Assembly: GCA_964016885.1 (NCBI GenBank)
Contig: OZ024747.1
Span: 43,338,001 to 43,402,000, forward strand
Length of the DNA stretch: 64,000 nt
DNA from: Eledone cirrhosa
Taxonomy: Eukaryota
Reading direction: 5' to 3'
Under the pieces are notes generated by a model. The model was given only the letters and a program-made list of their open reading frames with translations. It was not told the DNA's origin and made no database searches. The position numbers and the translations under genes were made by a program. Below are positions 1 through 15,889 of this stretch, one piece after another; position 1 is the first letter of the stretch; every line of letters begins with the position of its first letter.

Positions 1-3000
1 AGTAACTATCTTACACATAGAATCCAGCTGCTGTATTACATCTTATTTGTTAGTAACTATCTTACACATAGAATCCAGCTGCTGTATTACAACTTATTTG
101 TTAGTAACTATCTTACTTATAGAATCCAGCTGCTGTATTACATCTTATTTTTTAATAACTATCTTACTCACACAATCCAGCTGCTGTATTACATCTTTTT
201 TGTTAGTAACTATCCTACTCATAGAATCCAGCTACTGTATTACATCTTATTTGTTATTAACTATCTTACTCACAGAATCCAGCTGCTGTATTATATCTTA
301 TTTGTTAGTAACTATCTTACTCACAGAATCCAGCTGCTGTATTACATCTTATTTGTTAGTAACTATCTTACTCACAGAATCCAGCTGCTGTATTACATCT
401 TACTTGTTAGTAACTATCTTACTCAGAGAATCCAGCTGCTGTATTACATCTTATTTGTTAGTAACTATCTTACTCACAGAATCCAGCTGCTGTATTACAT
501 CTTATTTGTTAGTAACTATCTTACTCACAGAATCCAGCTGCTGCATTACATCTTATTTGTTAGTAACTATCTTACTCATAAAATCCAGCTGCTCTATTAC
601 ATCTTATTTGTTAGTAACTATCTTACTTATAGAATCCAGCTGCTGTATTACATCTTATTTGTTAATAACTATCTTACTCACACAATCCAGCTGCTGTATT
701 ACATCTTTTTTGTTAGTAACTATCCTACTCATAGAATCCAGCTACTGTATTACATCTTATTTGTTATTAACTATCTTACTCACAGAATCCAGCTGCTGTA
801 TTACATCTTATTTGTTAGTAACTATCTTACTCACAGAATCCAGCTGCTGTATTACATCTTATTTGTTAGTAACTATCTTACTCACAGAATCCAGCTGCTG
901 TATTACATCTTATTTGTTAGTAACTATCTTACTCACAGAATCCAGCTGCTGTATTACATCTTATTTGTTAGTAACTATCTTACTCACAGAATCCAGCTGC
1001 TGTATTACATCTTACTTGTTAGTAACTATCTTACTCATAGAATCCAGCTGCTGTATTACATCTTTTTTGTTAGTAACTATCTTACTCATAGAATCCAGCT
1101 GCTGTATTCCATCTTTTTGTTAGTAACTATCTTACTTACAGAATCCAGCTGCTGTATTACATCTTTTTTGTTAGTAACTATCCTACTCATAGAATCCAGC
1201 TACTGTATTACATCTTATTTGTTAGTAACTATCTTACTCATAGAATCCAGCTGCTGTATTACAACTTATTTGTTAGTAACTATCTTACACAAAGAATCCA
1301 GCTGCTGTATTACATCTTATTTGTTAGTAACTATCTTACACATAGAATCCAGCTGCTGTATTACAACTTATTTGTTAGTAACTATCTTACACATAGAATC
1401 CAGCTGCTGTATTACATCTTATTTGTTAGTAACTATCTTACACATAGAATCCAGCTGCTGTATTACAACTTACTTGTTAGTAACTATCTTACACATAGAA
1501 TCCAGCTGCTGTATTACAACTTATTTGTTAGTAACTATCATACACATAGAATCCAGCTGCTGTATTACAACTTATTTGTTAGTAACTATCTTACTCATAG
1601 AATCCAGCTGCTGTATTACATCTTATTTGTTAGTAACTATCTTACTCACAGAATCCAGCTGCTGTATTACATCTTATTTGTTAGTAACTATCTTACATCA
1701 GAATCCAGCTGCTGTATTACACCTTATTTGTTAGTAACTATCTTACACATAGAATCCAGCTGCTGTATTAAATTTTATTTGTTAGTAACTATCTTACTCA
1801 CAGTATCCAACTGCTGTATTACATCTTTTTTGTTAGTAACTATCCTACTCATAGAATCCAGCTACTGTATTACATCTTATTTGTTAGTAACTATCTTACT
1901 CACAGAATCCAGCTGCTGTATTACATCTTATTTGTTAGTAACTATCTTACTCACAGAATCCAGCTGCTGTATTACATCTTATTTGTTAGTAACTATCTTA
2001 CTCACAGAATCCAGCTGCTGTATTACATCTTATTTGTTAGTAACTATCTTACTCACAGAACCCAGCTGCTGTACTACATCTTATTTGTTAGTAACTATCT
2101 TACTTATAGAATCCAGCTGCTGTATTACATCTTTTTTGTTAGTAACTATCCTACTCATAGAATCCAGCTACTGTATTACATCTTATTTGTTAGTAACTAT
2201 CTTACTCATAGAATCCAGCTGCTGTATTACAACTTATTTGTTAGTAACTATCTTACACATAGAATCCAGCTGCTGTATTACATCTTATTTGTTAGTAACT
2301 ATCTTACACCAGAATCCAGCTGCTGTATTACATCTTATTTGTTAGTAACTATCTTACTCATAGAATCCAGCTGCTGTATTAAATCTTATTTGTTAGTAAC
2401 TATCTTACTCACAGAATCCAACTGCTGTATTACATCTTTTTTGTTAGTAACTATCCTACTCATAGAATCCAGCTACTGTATTACATCTTATTTGTTAGTA
2501 AATATCTTACTCACAGAATCCAGCTGCTGTATTACATCTTATTTGTTAGTAACTATCTTACTCACAGAATCCAGCTGCTGTATTACATCTTATTTGTTAG
2601 TAACTATCTTACTCACAGAATCCAGCTGCTGTATTACATCTTATTTGTTAGTAACTATCTTACTCACAGAATCCAGCTGCTGTACTACATCTTATTTGTT
2701 AGTAACTATCTTACTCACAGAATCCAGCTGCTGTATTACATCTTATTTGTTAGTAACTATCTTACTCACAGAATCCAGCTCTCTGTATTACATCTTATTT
2801 GTTAGTAACTATCTTACTCATAGAATCCAGCTGCTGTATTACATCTTATTTGTTAGTAACTATCTTACTCACAGAATCCAGCTGCTGTATTACATCTTAT
2901 TTGTTAGTAAATATCTTACTCACAGAATCCAGCTGCTGTATTACATCTTATTTGTTAGTAACTATCTTACTCACAGAATCCAGCTGCTGTATTACATCTT

Positions 3001-6000
3001 ACTTGTTAGTAACTATCTTACTCATAGAATCCAGCTGCTGTATTACATCTTATTTGTTAGTAACTATCTTACTTATAGAATCCAGCTGCTGTATTACATC
3101 TTATTTGTTAGTAACTATCTTACTCACAGAATCCAGCTGCTGTATTACATCTTATTTGTTAGTAACTATCTTACTCATAGAATCCAGCTGCTGTATTCCA
3201 TCTTTTTGTTAGTAACTATCTTACTTACAGAATCCAGCTGCTGTATTACATCTTTTTTGTTAGTAACTATCCTACTCATAGAATCCAGCTACTGTATTAC
3301 ATCTTATTTGTTAGTAACTATCTTACTCATAGAATCCAGCTGCTGTATTACAACTTATTTGTTAGTAACTATCTTACACATAGAATCCAGCTGCTGTATT
3401 CCATCTTATTTGTTAGTAACTATCTTACACATAGAATCCAGCTGCTGTATTACAACTTATTTGTTAGTAACTATCTTACACATAGAATCCAGCTGCTGTA
3501 TTACATCTTATTTGTTAGTAACTATCTTACACATAGAATCCAGCTGCTGTATTACAACTTATTTGTTAGTAACTATCTTACTCATAGAATCCAGCTGCTG
3601 TATTACAACTTATTTGTTAGTAACTATCTTACTCATAGAATCCAGCTGCTGTATTACATCTTATTTGTTAGTAACTATCTTACTCACAGAATCCAGCTGC
3701 TGTATTACATCTTATTTGTTAGTAACTATCTTACATCAGAATCCAGCTGCTGTATTACATCTTATTTGTTAGTAACTATCTTACACATAGAATCCAGCTG
3801 CTGTATTGAATCTTATTTGTTAGTAACTATCTTACTCACAGTATCCAACTGCTGTATTACATCTTTTTTGTTAGTAACTATCCTACTCATAGAATCCAGC
3901 TACTGTATTACATCTTATTTGTTATTAACTATCTTACTCACAGAATCCAGCTGCTGTATTACATCTTATTTGTTAGTAACTATCTTACTCACAGAATCCA
4001 GCTGCTGTATTACATCTTATTTGTTAGTAACTATCTTACTCACAGAATCCAGCTGCTGTACTACATCTTATTTGTTAGTAACTATCTTACTCACAGAATC
4101 CAGCTGCTGTATTACATCTTACTTGTTAGTAACTATCTTACTCATAGAATCCAGCTGCTGTATTACATCTTAATTGTTAGTAACTATTTTACTTATAGAA
4201 TCCAGCTGCTGTATTACATCTTATTTGTTAGTAACTATCTTACTCACAGAATCCAGCTGCTGTATTACATCTTATTTGTTAGTAACTATCTTACTCATAG
4301 AATCCAGCTGCTGTATTCCATCTTTTTGTTAGTAACTATCTTACTTACAGAATCCAGCTGCTGTATTACATCTTTTTTGTTAGTAACTATCCTACTCATA
4401 GAATCCAGCTACTGTATTACATCTTATTTGTTAGTAACTATCTTACTCATAGAATCCAGCTGCTGTATTACAACTTATTTGTTAGTAACTATCTTACACA
4501 TAGAATCCAGCTGCTGTATTACATCTTATTTGTTAGTAACTATCTTACACATAGAATCCAGCTGCTGTATTACAACTTATTTGTTAGTAACTATCTTACA
4601 CATAGAATCCAGCTGCTGTATTACATCTTATTTGTTAGTAACTATCTTACACATAGAATCCAGCTGCTGTATTACAACTTACTTGTTAGTAACTATCTTA
4701 CACATAGAATCCAGCTGCTGTATTACAACTTATTTGTTAGTAACTATCTTACTCATAGAATCCAGCTGCTGTATTACATCTTATTTGTTAATAACTATCT
4801 TACTCACACAATCCAGCTGCTGTATTACATCTTTTTTGTTAGTAACTATCCTACTCATAGAATCCAGCTACTGTATTACATCTTATTTGTTATTAACTAT
4901 CTTACTCACAGAATCCAGCTGCTGTATTACATCTTATTTGTTAGTAACTATCTTACACATAGAATCCAGCTGCTGTATTACAACTTATTTGTTAGTAACT
5001 ATCTTACACATAGAATCCAGCTGCTGTATTACATCTTATTTGTTAGTAACTATCTTACTCACAGAATCCAGCTGCTGTATTACATCTTACTTGTTAGTAA
5101 CTATCTTACTCATAGAATCCAGCTGCTGTATTACATCTTATTTGTTAGTAACTATCTTACTTATAGAATCCAGCTGCTGTATTACATCTTATTTGTTCGT
5201 AACTATCTTACTCAGAGAATCCAGCTGCTGTATTACATCTTATTTGTTAGTAACTATCTTATTCATAGAATCCAGCTGCTGTATTACATCTTATTTGTTA
5301 GTAACTATCTTACTCACAGAATCCAGCTGCTGTATTACATCTTATTTGATAGTAACTATCTTACTCATAGAATCCAGCTACTGTATTACATCTTATTTGT
5401 TAGTAACTATCTTACTCACAGAATCCAGCTGCTGCATTACATCTTATTTGTTAGTAACTATCTTACTCATAAAATGCAGCTGCTCTATTACATCTTATTT
5501 GTTAGTAACTATCTTACTTATAGAATCCAGCTGCTGTATTACATCTTATTTGTTAATAACTATCTTACTCACACAATCCAGCTGCTGTATTACATCTTTT
5601 TTGTTAGTAACTATCCTACTCATAGAATCCAGCTTCTGTATTACATCTTATTTGTTATTAACTATCTTACTCACAGAATCCAGCTGCTGTATTACATCTT
5701 ATTTGTTAGTAACTATCTTACTCACAGAATCCAGCTGCTGTATTACATCTTATTTGTTAGTAACTATCTTACTCACAGAATCCAGCTGCTGTATTACATC
5801 TTATTTGTTAGTAACTATCTTACTCACAGAATCCAGCTGCTGTATTACATCTTACTTGTTAGTAACTATCTTACTCATAGAATCCAGCTGCTGTATTACA
5901 TCTTATTTGTTAGTAACTATCTTACTTATAGAATCCAGCAGCTGTATTACATCTTATTTGTTAGTAACTATCTTACTCACAGAATCCAGCTGCTGTATTA

Positions 6001-6749
6001 CATCTTATTTGTTAGTAACTATCTTACTCATAGAATCCAGCTGCTGTATTCCATCTTTTTGTTAGTAACTATCTTACTTACAGAATCCAGCTGCTGTATT
6101 ACATCTTTTTTGTTAGTAACTATCCTACTCATAGAATCCAGCTACTGTATTACATCTTATTTGTTAGTAACTATCTTACACATAGAATCCAGCTGCTGTA
6201 TTACATCTTATTTGTTAGTAACTATCTTACACATAGAATCCAGCTGCTGTATTACATCTTATTTGTTAGTAACTATCTTACTCACAGAATCCAGCTGCTG
6301 TATTACATCTTATTTGTTAGTAACTATCTTACACATAGAATCCAGCTGCTGTATTACATCTTATTTGTTAGTAACTATCTTACACATAGAATCCAGCTGC
6401 TGTATTACATCTTATTTGTTAGTAACTATCTTACTCACAGAATCCAGTTGCTGTATTACAACTTACTTGTTAATAACTATCTTACTCATAGAATCCAGCT
6501 GCTGTATTACATCTTATTTGTTAGTAACTATCTTACTCACAGAATCCAGCTGCTGTATTACATCTTATTTGTTAGTAACTATCTTACATCAGAATCCAGC
6601 TGCTGTATTACATCTTATTTGTTAGTAACTATCTTACACATAGAATCCAGCTGCTGTATTAAATCTTATTTGTTAGTAACTATCTTACTCACAGTATCCA
6701 ACTGCTGTATTACATCTTTTTTGTTAGTAACTATCCTACTCATAGAATC

Positions 6750-9700
6750 CAGCTACTGTATTACATCTTATTTGTTAGTAACTATCTTACTCACAGAATC
6801 CAGCTGCTGTATTACATCTTATTTGTTAGTAACTATCTTACTCACAGAATCCAGCTGCTGTATTACATCTTATTTGTTAGTAACTATCTTACTCACAGAA
6901 TCCAGCTGCTGTATTACATCTTATTTGTTAGTAACTATCTTACTCACAGAATCCAGCTGCTGTACTACATCTTATTTGTTAGTAACTATCTTACTTATAG
7001 AATCCAGCTGCTGTATTACATCTTTTTTGTTAGTAACTATCCTACTCATAGAATCCAGCTACTGTATTACATCTTATTTGTTAGTAACTATCTTACTCAT
7101 AGAATCCAGCTGCTGTATTACAACTTATTTGTTAGTAACTATCTTACACATAGAATCCAGCTGCTGTATTACATCTTATTTGTTAGTAACTATCTTACAC
7201 CAGAATCCAGCTGCTGTATTACATCTTATTTGTTAGTAACTATCTTACTCATAGAATCCAGCTGCTGTATTAAATCTTATTTGTTAGTAACTATCTTACT
7301 CACAGAATCCAACTGCTGTATTACATCTTTTTTTTAGTAACTATCCTACTCATAGAATCCAGCTACTGTATTACATCTTATTTGTTAGTAAATATCTTAC
7401 TCACAGAATCCAGCTGCTGTATTACATCTTATTTGTTAGTAACTATCTTACACATAGAATCCAGCTGCTGTATTACATCTTATTTGTTAGTAACTATCTT
7501 ACTCACAGAATCCAGCTGCTGTATTACATCTTATTTGTTAGTAACTATCTTACTCACAGAATCCAGCTGCTGTATTACATCTTATTTGTTAGTAACTATC
7601 TTACTCACAGAATCCAGCTGCTGTACTACATCTTATCTGTTAGTAACTATCTTACTCACAGAATCCAGCTGCTGTATTACATCTTATTTGTTAGTAACTA
7701 TCTTACTCACAGAATCCAGCTCTCTGTATTACATCTTATTTGTTAGTAACTATCTTACTCATAGAATCCAGCTGCTGTATTACATCTTATTTGTTAGTAA
7801 CTATCTTACTCACAGAATCCAGCTGCTGTATTACATCTTATTTGTTAGTAACTATCTTACTCACAGAATCCAGCTGCTGTATTACATCTTATTTGTTAGT
7901 AACTATCTTACTCACAGAATCCAGCTGCTGTATTACATCTTACTTGTTAGTAACTATCTTACTCATAGAATCCAGCTGCTGTATTACATCTTATTTGTTA
8001 GTAACTATCTTACTTATAGAATCCAGCTGCTGTATTACATCTTATTTGTTAGTAACTATCTTACTCACAGAATCCAGCTGCTGTATTACATCTTATTTGT
8101 TAGTAACTATCTTACTCATAGAATCCAGCTGCTGTATTCCATCTTTTTGTTAGTAACTATCTTACTTACAGAATCCAGCTGCTGTATTACATCTTTTTTG
8201 TTAGTAACTATCCTACTCATAGAATCCAGCTACTGTATTACATCTTATTTGTTAGTAACTATCTTACTCATAGAATCCAGCTGCTGTATTACAACTTATT
8301 TGTTAGTAACTATCTTACACATAGAATCCATCTGCTGTATTCCATCTTATTTGTTAGTAACTATCTTACACATAGAATCCAGCTGCTGTATTACAACTTA
8401 TTTGTTAGTAACTATCTTACACATAGAATCCAGCTGCTGTATTACATCTTATTTGTTAGTAACTATCTTACACATAGAATCCAGCTGCTGTATTACAACT
8501 TACTTGTTAGTAACTATCTTACACATAGAATCCAGCTGCTGTATTACAACTTATTTGTTAGTAACTATCTTACTCATAGAATCCAGCTGCTGTATTACAT
8601 CTTATTTGTTAGTAACTATCTTACTCACAGAATCCAGCTGCTGTATTACATCTTATTTGTTAGTAACTATCTTACATCAGAATCCAGCTGCTGTATTACA
8701 TCTTATTTGTTAGTAACTATCTTACACATAGAATCCAGCTGCTGTATTGAATCTTATTTGTTAGTAACTATCTTACTCACAGTATCCAACTGCTGTATTA
8801 CATCTTTTTTGTTAGTAACTATCCTACTCATAGAATCCAGCTACTGTATTACATCTTATTTGTTAGTAACTATCTTACTCACAGAATCCAGCTGCTGTAT
8901 TAGATCTTATTTGTTAGTAACTATCTTACTCACAGAATCCAGCTGCTGTATTACATCTTATTTGTTAGTAACTATCTTACTTATAGAATCCAGCTGCTGT
9001 ATTACATCTTATTTGTTAATAACTATCTTACTCACACAATCCAGCTGCTGTATTACATCTTTTTTGTTAGTAACTATCCTACTCATAGAATCCAGCTGCT
9101 GTATTACATCTTATTTGTTATTAACTATCTTACTCACAGAATCCAGCTACTGTATTACATCTTATTTGTTAGTAACTATCTTACTCATAGAATCCAGCTG
9201 CTGTATTACATCTTATTTGTTAGTAACTATCTTACACATAGAACCCAGCTGCTGTATTACATCTTATTTGTTAGTAACTATCTTACTCACAGAATCTAGC
9301 TGCTGTATTACATCTTATTTGTTAGTAACTATCTTACTCACAGAATCCAGCTGCTGTACTACATCTTATTTGTTAGTAACTATCTTACTTATAGAATCCA
9401 GCTGCTGTATTACATCTTTTTTGTTAGTAACTATCCTACTCATAGAATCCAGCTACTGTATTACATCTTATTTGTTAGTAACTATCTTACTCATAGAATC
9501 CAGCTGCTGTATTACAACTTATTTGTTAGTAACTATCTTACTCACAGTATCCAACTGCTGTATTACATCTTTTTTGTTAGTAACTATCCTACTCATAGAA
9601 TCCAGCTACTGTATTACATCTTATTTGTTAGTAACTATCTTACTCACAGAATCCAGCTGCTGTATTAGATCTTATTTGTTAGTAACTATCTTACTCACAG

Positions 9701-12470
9701 AATCCAGCTGCTGTATTACATCTTATTTGTTAGTAACTATCTTACTTATAGAATCCAGCTGCTGTATTACATCTTATTTGTTAATAACTATCTTACTCAC
9801 ACAATCCAGCTGCTGTATTACATCTTTTTTGTTAGTAACTATCCTACTCATAGAATCCAGCTGCTGTATTACATCTTATTTGTTATTAACTATCTTACTC
9901 ACAGAATCCAGCTACTGTATTACATCTTATTTGTTAGTAACTATCTTACTCACAGAATCCAGCTGCTGTATTACATCTTATTTGTTAGTAACTATCTTAC
10001 TCACAGAATCCAGCTGCTGTATTACATCTTATTTGTTAGTAACTATCTTACTCACAGAATCCAGCTGCTGTATTACATCTTATTTGTTAGTAACTATCTT
10101 ACTCACAGAATCCAGCTGCTGTACTACATCTTATTTGTTAGTAACTATCTTACTTATAGAATCCAGCTGCTGTATTACATCTTTTTTGTTAGTAACTATC
10201 CTACTCATAGAATCCAGCTACTGTATTACATCTTATTTGTTAGTAACTATCTTACTCATAGAATCCAGCTGCTGTATTACAACTTATTTGTTAGTAACTA
10301 TCTTACACATAGAATCCAGCTGCTGTATTACATCTTATTTGTTAGTAACTATCTTACACCAGAATCCAGCTGCTGTATTACATCTTATTTGTTAGTAACT
10401 ATCTTACTCATAGAATCCAGCTGCTGTATTAAATCTTATTTGTTAGTAACTATCTTACTCACAGAATCCAACTGCTGTATTACATCTTTTTTTTAGTAAC
10501 TATCCTACTCATAGAATCCAGCTACTGTATTACATCTTATTTGTTAGTAAATATCTTACTCACAGAATCCAGCTGCTGTATTACATCTTATTTGTTAGTA
10601 ACTATCTTACACATAGAATCCAGCTGCTGTATTACATCTTATTTGTTAGTAACTATCTTACTCACAGAATCCAGCTGCTGTATTACATCTTATTTGTTAG
10701 TAACTATCTTACTCACAGAATCCAGCTGCTGTATTACATCTTATTTGTTAGTAACTATCTTACTCACAGAATCCAGCTGCTGTACTACATCTTATCTGTT
10801 AGTAACTATCTTACTCACAGAATCCAGCTGCTGTATTACATCTTATTTGTTAGTAACTATCTTACTCACAGAATCCAGCTCTCTGTATTACATCTTATTT
10901 GTTAGTAACTATCTTACTCATAGAATCCAGCTGCTGTATTACATCTTATTTGTTAGTAACTATCTTACTCACAGAATCCAGCTGCTGTATTACATCTTAT
11001 TTGTTAGTAACTATCTTACTCACAGAATCCAGCTGCTGTATTACATCTTATTTGTTAGTAACTATCTTACTCACAGAATCCAGCTGCTGTATTACATCTT
11101 ACTTGTTAGTAACTATCTTACTCATAGAATCCAGCTGCTGTATTACATCTTATTTGTTAGTAACTATCTTACTTATAGAATCCAGCTGCTGTATTACATC
11201 TTATTTGTTAGTAACTATCTTACTCACAGAATCCAGCTGCTGTATTACATCTTATTTGTTAGTAACTATCTTACTCATAGAATCCAGCTGCTGTATTCCA
11301 TCTTTTTGTTAGTAACTATCTTACTTACAGAATCCAGCTGCTGTATTACATCTTTTTTGTTAGTAACTATCCTACTCATAGAATCCAGCTACTGTATTAC
11401 ATCTTATTTGTTAGTAACTATCTTACTCATAGAATCCAGCTGCTGTATTACAACTTATTTGTTAGTAACTATCTTACACATAGAATCCAGCTGCTGTATT
11501 CCATCTTATTTGTTAGTAACTATCTTACACATAGAATCCAGCTGCTGTATTACAACTTATTTGTTAGTAACTATCTTACACATAGAATCCAGCTGCTGTA
11601 TTACATCTTATTTGTTAGTAACTATCTTACACATAGAATCCAGCTGCTGTATTACAACTTACTTGTTAGTAACTATCTTACACATAGAATCCAGCTGCTG
11701 TATTACAACTTATTTGTTAGTAACTATCTTACTCATAGAATCCAGCTGCTGTATTACATCTTATTTGTTAGTAACTATCTTACTCACAGAATCCAGCTGC
11801 TGTATTACATCTTATTTGTTAGTAACTATCTTACATCAGAATCCAGCTGCTGTATTACATCTTATTTGTTAGTAACTATCTTACACATAGAATCCAGCTG
11901 CTGTATTGAATCTTATTTGTTAGTAACTATCTTACTCACAGTATCCAACTGCTGTATTACATCTTTTTTGTTAGTAACTATCCTACTCATAGAATCCAGC
12001 TACTGTATTACATCTTATTTGTTAGTAACTATCTTACTCACAGAATCCAGCTGCTGTATTAGATCTTATTTGTTAGTAACTATCTTACTCACAGAATCCA
12101 GCTGCTGTATTACATCTTATTTGTTAGTAACTATCTTACTTATAGAATCCAGCTGCTGTATTACATCTTATTTGTTAATAACTATCTTACTCACACAATC
12201 CAGCTGCTGTATTACATCTTTTTTGTTAGTAACTATCCTACTCATAGAATCCAGCTGCTGTATTACATCTTATTTGTTATTAACTATCTTACTCACAGAA
12301 TCCAGCTACTGTATTACATCTTATTTGTTAGTAACTATCTTACTCATAGAATCCAGCTGCTGTATTACATCTTATTTGTTAGTAACTATCTTACACATAG
12401 AACCCAGCTGCTGTATTACATCTTATTTGTTAGTAACTATCTTACTCACAGAATCTAGCTGCTGTATTAC
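6750..12470. repeat. Higher-order duplication in satellite 1, offset 3159 bp (62 monomers); boundaries approximate
   Basis: Identical ORF-track patterns at 7740/10899 and matching starts at 7382/10541 and 8707/11866. The rare variant GAACCCAG recurs at 9241 and 12400. Confidence 0.85.
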
Positions 12471-15400
12471 AACTTATTTGTTAGTAACTATCTTACACAT
12501 AGAATCCAGCTGCTGTATTACATCTTATTTGTTAGTAACTATCTTACACCAGAATCCAGCTGCTGTATTACATCTTATTTGTTAGTAACTATCTTACTCA
12601 TAGAATCCAGCTGCTGTATTACATCTTATTTGTTAGTAACTATCTTTCTCACAGAATCCAGCTGCTGTATTACATCTTATTTGTTAGTAACTATCTTACT
12701 CACAGAATCCAGCTGCTGTATTACATCTTACTTGTTAGTAACTATCTTACTCATAGAATCCAGCTGCTGTATTACATCTTATTTGTTAGTAACTATCTTA
12801 CTTATAGAATCCAGCTGCTGTATTACATCTTATTTGTTCGTAACTATCTTACTCACAGAATCCAGCTGCTGTATTACATCTTATTTGTTAGTAACTATCT
12901 TATTCATAGAATCCAGCTGCTGTATTACATCTTATTTGTTAGTAACTATCTTACTCACAGAATCCAGCTGCTGTATTACATCTTATTTGATAGTAACTAT
13001 CTTACTCATAGAATCCAGCTACTGTATTACATCTTATTTGTTAGTAACTATCTTACTCACAGAATCCAGCTGCTGCATTACATCTTATTTGTTAGTAACT
13101 ATCTTACTCATAAAATCCAGCTGCTCTATTACATCTTATTTGTTAGTAACTATCTTACTTATAGAATCCAGCTGCTGTATTACATCTTATTTGTTAATAA
13201 CTATCTTACTCACACAATCCAGCTGCTGTATTACATCTTTTTTGTTAGTAACTATCCTACTCATAGAATCAGGCTACTGTATTACATCTTATTTGTTATT
13301 AACTATCTTACTCACAGAATCCAGCTGCTGTATTACATCTTATTTGTTAGTAACTATCTTACTCACAGAATCCAGCTGCTGTATTACATCTTATTTGTTA
13401 GTAACTATCTTACTCACAGAATCCAGCTGCTGTATTACATCTTATTTGTTAGTAACTATCTTACTCACAGAATCCAGCTGCTGTATTACATCTTACTTGT
13501 TAGTAACTATCTTACTCATAGAATCCAGCTGCTGTATTACATCTTATTTGTTAGTAACTATCTTACTTATAGAATCCAGCTGCTGTATTACATCTTATTT
13601 GTTAGTAACTATCTTACTCACAGAATCCAGCTGCTGTATTACATCTTATTTGTTAGTAACTATCTTACTCATAGAATCCAGCTGCTGTATTCCATCTTTT
13701 TGTTAGTAACTATCTTACTTACAGAATCCAGCTGCTGTATTACATCTTTTTTGTTAGTAACTATCCTACTCATAGAATCCAGCTACTGTATTACATCTTA
13801 TTTGTTAGTAACTATCTTACTCATAGAATCCAGCTGCTGTATTACAACTTATTTGTTAGTAACTATCTTACACATAGAATCCAGCTGCTGTATTACAACT
13901 TATTTGTTAGTAACTATCTTACTTATAGAATCCAGCTGCTGTATTACATCTTATTTGTTAGTAACTATCTTACACATAGAATCCAGCTGCTGTATTACAT
14001 CTTATTTGTTAGTAACTATCTTACACATAGAATCCAGCTGCTGTATTACATCTTATTTGTTAGTAACTATCTTACACATAGAATCCAGCTGCTGTATTAC
14101 AACTTACTTGTTAGTAACTATCTTACTCATAGAATCCAGCTACTGTATTACATCTTATTTGTTAGTAACTATCTTACTCACAGAATCCAGCTGCTGTATT
14201 ACATCTTATTTGTTAGTAACTATCTTACATCAGAATCCAGCTGCTGTATTACATCTTATTTGTTAGTAACTATCTTACACATAGAATCCAGCTGCTGTAT
14301 TAAATCTTATTTGTTAGTAACTATCTTACTCGCAGTATCCAACTGCTATATTACATCTTTTTTGTTAGTAACTATCCTACTCATAGAATCCAGCTACTGT
14401 ATTACATCTTATTTGTTAGTAACTATCTTACTCACAGAATCCAGCTGCTGTATTACATCTTATTTGTTAGTAACTATCTTACTCACAGAATCCAACTGCT
14501 GTATTACATCTTATTTGTTAGTAACTATCTTACTCACAGAATCCTGCTGCTGTATTACATCTTATTTGTTAGTTACTATCTTACACCAGAATCCAGCTGC
14601 TGTATTACATCTTATTTGTTAGTAACTATCTTACTCATAGAATCCAGCTGCTGTATTAAATCTTATTTGTTAGTAACTATCTTACTCACAGAATCCAACT
14701 GCTGTATTACATCTTTTTTTTAGTAACTATCCTACTCATAGAATCCAGCTACTGTATTACATCTTATTTGTTAGTAAATATCTTACTCACAGAATCCAGC
14801 TGCTGTATTACATCTTATTTGTTAGTAACTATCTTACACATAGAATCCAGCTGCTGTATTACATCTTATTTGTTAGTAACTATCTTACTCACAGAATCCA
14901 GCTGCTGTATTACATCTTATTTGTTAGTAACTATCTTACTCACAGAATCCAGCTGCTGTATTACATCTTATTTGTTAGTAACTATCTTACTCACAGAATC
15001 CAGCTGCTGTACTACATCTTATTTGTTAGTAACTATCTTACTCACAGAATCCAGCTGCTGTATTACATCTTATTTGTTAGTAACTATCTTACTCACAGAA
15101 TCCAGCTCTCTGTATTACATCTTATTTGTTAGTAACTATCTTACTCATAGAATCCAGCTGCTGTATTACATCTTATTTGTTAGTAACTATCTTACTCACA
15201 GAATCCAGCTGCTGTATTACATCTTATTTGTTAGTAACTATCTTACTCAAAGAATCCAGCTGCTGTATTACATCTTATTTGTTAGTAACTATCTTACTCA
15301 CAGAATCCAGCTGCTGTATTACATCTTACTTGTTAGTAACTATCTTACTCATAGAATCCAGCTGCTGTATTACATCTTATTTGTTTGTAACTATCTTACT

Positions 15401-15889
15401 TATAGAATCCAGCTGCTGTATTACATCTTATTTGTTAGTAACTATCTTACTCACAGAATCCAGCTGCTGTATTACATCTTATTTGTTAGTAACTATCTTA
15501 CTCATAGAATCCAGCTGCTGTATTCCATCTTTTTGTTAGTAACTATCTTACTTACAGAATCCAGCTGCTGTATTACATCTTTTTTGTTAGTAACTATCCT
15601 ACTCATAGAATCCAGCTACTGTATTACATCTTATTTGTTAGTAACTATCTTACTCATAGAATCCAGCTGCTGTATTACAACTTATTTGTTAGTAACTATC
15701 TTACACATAGAATCCAGCTGCTGTATTCCATCTTATTTGTTAGTAACTATCTTACACATAGAATCCAGCTGCTGTATTACAACTTATTTGTTAGTAACTA
15801 TCTTACACATAGAATCCAGCTGCTGTATTACATCTTATTTGTTAGTAACTATATTACACATAGAATCCAGCTGCTGTATTACAACTTAC